A DNA stretch of 51,765 nt, the filler included, from Sphacelaria rigidula (lineage: Eukaryota): NCBI GenBank assembly GCA_964200075.2. It is 4 parts of 4 records of this genome, joined end to end, with 100 filler letters (N's around TTAATTAATTAA, not from the genome) between each part and the next. Parts side by side here need not be neighbours in the genome. Positions count along the whole stretch, not along the records: positions 38,901 to 51,765 come from CAXNAA020003351.1; 3 more parts are not named here. One strand, written 5' to 3'. The notes beneath the pieces were generated by a model. That model had not been told where the DNA came from. It saw only the letters and a list, made by a program, of their open reading frames with translations, and searched no databases. The translations under genes and the position numbers were made by a program. Position 1 is the stretch's first letter; every line of letters starts with the position of its first letter. Shown in pieces: positions 48,338 to 51,765 of this stretch.

Positions 48338-48506
48338 TTATTGTTATTATCGTTGTTATCGTTAGCTATTGTTATTGTTTTTGTTTTTGTTGATGTTATC
48401 GTTATCATTGTTTTTATTATTGTTGATGTTATCGTTATTATCATTACTATTGCTATTGTTATTGTTATTGTTATTATTGTTGGAATCGTCATCATGAGGA
48501 GTAGCG

Positions 48507-48551
<45 letters not shown>

Positions 48552-48770
48552 TCCAATATTAGTCGTATTATTATTATTTCTAGTTTTAGTATTTCGTATT
48601 GTTAGTATTATAAGTATTATTTCACCATTAACATTATTGTTATTGTTAGTACAAGTATTTTAGTATCATCGTAATTACTAGTAGTATTACTTTTGTTATC
48701 ATTACAATATGTTGTTTCAGTGTTATTTTTTATTGATATTATTTTTGCTACTGCTGTTACTATTACTATC
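48338..48770. repeat. (TTA/TTG/GTA)n degenerate trinucleotide tract in a Vps26 intron
   Basis: Read directly. Confidence 0.85.
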
Positions 48771-48873
48771 ATTTCCACACGTTAGCCCGATCTCTCGAAC
48801 CCGTAATGGCCTGCCTAAATTAACATACGCGCGTGCATTCATATATACGCACATTTTTACGTGTGTGGTGCAG

Positions 48874-49018
48874 ATCTACTTTTTGCTGGTGCGAATCAAG
48901 ATCAAGCACATGGAAATGGCTATCATCAGGAGAGAAACGGCCGGCTCGGGGTCGAACCAGTACAACGAGAGCGAAACAATCGTGAAATACGAGGTCATGG
49001 ATGGGGCACCGGCCAAAG
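48874..49018 (+). CDS. VPS26: Vps26 internal exon (IYFLLVRIKIKHMEMAIIRRE...YEVMDGAPAKG); gene continues beyond the window
   Basis: Signatures IYFLLVRIKIKHME and YE.MDGAP, GCAG/GTGAGG sites. Confidence 0.97.
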
Positions 49019-50499
49019 GTGAGGGCTCATGAACGAGTGTCGTACGAGTAGGTGAGAGTAGGTGAGGGCCCGCACCATCCCCACGGACTATGAACAGTTC
49101 AAAATAGTGCTAGATGTATTGGCGGAGGGATGCATTCAGCGGCCATTTCACACAGGACCCATACATGGGGATGATTTGGTAGTGAAATATAGTATTTGCG
49201 CGGAGCGCCATTATGATCAGCCGAAGAAGTATAACATGGGGCATGTCCTGTTTCACTGTCTGTACTGCAGCACAAACACACTCACGTCCGGTCTCATGTG
49301 TGCTGTAGCTATCACTGCTCTGTGGTGTGTCTAGACCTTGCGAAGACGGTTTGTTGGTCTCCGTTGAGATTGCTTGAGGTGCTGTATGGCTGTGTTTGTC
49401 TCGCTCTGTAAAATATAGTATATATCGGGACGCAGTGCGGTATACACACCATGGTATAAACTGTCTGTTGAAAAATTGATGTTACCGGGACCCATCACTC
49501 GCGCGATATCGAACATGGCTGGATAAAGACACACAACCAGCGCCGGTATACACTGCTCGACCAGCTGGGCCAGACCCCGTGCTCCGATGAAAGGAGCAAC
49601 GCACAGCACAGTGCGGGTATACTGCACCGCCATGGTACTGCTTGCACCCGTCAGTATGGCTGCTGCCGCTGGCATCGACGCCAGCGCTCGCGGTCACGGA
49701 AAGACACAACCAGCCATAGTAAGATGGGATATACCGATACACACGAGCATCGCAATGACCCACTGTAGCGGCAATGTACCACTCGCTGTCTGCTTGTCTG
49801 CTTGCAGCTCCGTTTCACAACTGCTGCTCTATCCGTCCCGGCGTACACTAGAGGTGCGACTCGAATCTACGAGCCAATCACAAGCATTCTTCACTACATG
49901 GTTCACTACGAAGGTCGCATTTCATTGGCGCTAGATTCCGTCGATTCCTCACCGAAGGGTCTCTGATTGGTTGATTTTCACATTTCACTACAAAAATCTA
50001 TCCCCATGTATGGGCGTTGTGCCGGCCATTTCTCTATCTGTCTTCATTAACAAAAGGCTCTCATTTAGGGAGATCGATGTTCTCGTGCCAACTGGCACTA
50101 GAAACACGCAAGGCTGTGTTCTGTTTACATGGGGTATACTCGGAAGTGGGGGATTTTGGTCATCATACAAGTCATGAGTGATGCTGCGGTAGGGGTTGCA
50201 CTTTTTGAGCGAAAAGATTTTGTCGGGGCTGCTCAGGGTGTTGGACGGGACATTTGGTGAATCGTCATCATTTTTACTTGAAAAAAACTGAAAATGATGC
50301 TGATTCACGAAAAGGCCCCTGCGTGCAAACACCATGTTTCTTGGGGTCCGGTCGGTCCCCAGAGATTTGGGTTGTGTACAGTGAGCCCCATATGTTTGTG
50401 CTCCAACAAGAAGGAGGGTCCCAGACACGCAAAAAAGTGCAATCCGTACCGTAAAATTGCTTTAAAAAACCGAAGCGAAATGTCTAGCGGACATTCCGG

Positions 50500-50942
50500 T
50501 CCGGTCCGGCAGGGTATCGGGCCTTATTTCGAACAAGCCGGTATGGTTGGGAAGGATATTTCCCGACTAACTGCCTCGTTTGCACGGCCGGGGTTTCCCG
50601 AATGTTTAGCCGATATACCCTACAGAACACATTCTTGCAATATTTCTAGGTTGTGTCCTGTAGGGTACCGGTATGAGAATCCTACACAACTTACAGAACA
50701 TGTCGGGTACGAGATGAAGGCTGTGCAGGAACCCTTGCCCGCAACCGGGTATTTCTACCACAGTGAACCCGTATCTCGGGTAGGGATTGACGTTTCGTAC
50801 GGATCTTACAGAACTGTCGGGCACCGGTATGAGGGCAGGCTTACAGAACTCACGGAACCGCGGTATTGGTGAATGGGTATTGGTGATACACGCGTAAATA
50901 CGCGGGTGTACAGCGAATCGTACCCTACAGAACCCAACCTTG
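50500..50942. mobile_element. MITE(s) with AGGTTG.GT.CTGTAGGGTAC termini and TACAGAAC/CGGGTA internal motifs
   Basis: 50646-50668 is inverted to 50920-50942; another end lies near 50615-50637. Confidence 0.65.
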
Positions 50943-51765
50943 AAAACGCTCGTCGAAAACTCTGAGATCTCGCTGATGCCACAACTGACCCTATTAAAAA
51001 TGAGTGTTTTTATTGGAAACAAATGAGATCGCGCGCTTTTGCTCTGGCAAATGAATGAATGTCCAACATCTGAAATTAATTACTGTGTTCATATCAGCTG
51101 GAGTCTGTGCATTGGGGTCCGGGACGATTAGCTTACTAATAGCAATCCACATGAGAGATGGAGAAAATGATTACGTGATTTTCATATTTTTTCTCGCGAA
51201 AGATTTACTGTCAGAAGCCAGGGACCAGTCAGTTGTAGAGTACCAGGTTGTCGTGCCTTTTTTTATTTTATTACAAGATCGATGCAGGGTGTACTATGTA
51301 TGGTGTGCACAGCATGACACTAAAAAAGTCCACATACAAATGATCATTTCAACGAAAACCAAGTTCGGGAAGCCAATCATTTTCCTCTATAAAATCGGTT
51401 GAAGACAGTGTTTGCAGGTTGCCTGTTACTTCTGTCGCGTCCTACTTGTTTCTCTTGCTTTTGGTTCTGTTGTTGTTGTTGTTGTTGTTGTTGTACCCCC
51501 ATGGTACTGCACATATGACCACTTCCTGCAATGCTCACCGGTACGTTGTATACCACCCCTCCCCTGAATCACACCTCAGGGTGATGTCTTTCCGGCTATA
51601 CGTTTGCACCACGTCGGTGCATATATTGTACTACGGCTTCAAGGTCCGTGGTAGTTTCACGCTCGTCATGTTCGAAATCTTATCAATCATGCCTCGAGCA
51701 CTTTGTCTCTGAAGTTACATTATTCTATGTACCTGTCAAAGCATGTGAGTACTGTTCTTGCCCCC

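Overview
Eukaryotic, intron-rich, repeat-dense DNA, most likely a brown alga (Phaeophyceae). This is inferred from the FNIP-gene style, LINE family, bipartite plastid presequence and long TE-filled introns. It is four contigs joined by artificial N44-TTAATTAATTAA-N44 linkers (12868, 25835, 38801), so relationships across linkers are uncertain. Best-supported genes: four internal exons of VPS26 (+, 42331-49018); an intronless FNIP-repeat gene (-, 15697-17121) with 14 near-identical 22-aa units and a hypervariable two-residue slot, followed by about 13 dead units; a putative plastid-targeted gene (+, from 4464); and two weaker minus-strand gene models. The rest is mainly mobile DNA: a decayed LINE, tRNA-derived SINEs, hAT-, Harbinger-, Tc1/mariner-, piggyBac- and CACTA-like MITEs, tandem repeats and microsatellites. 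The most intriguing region is the FNIP locus, with its variable repeats, co-amplified dead repeats, flanking inverted repeats and a nearby hammerhead-like motif. All alignments were done by eye.
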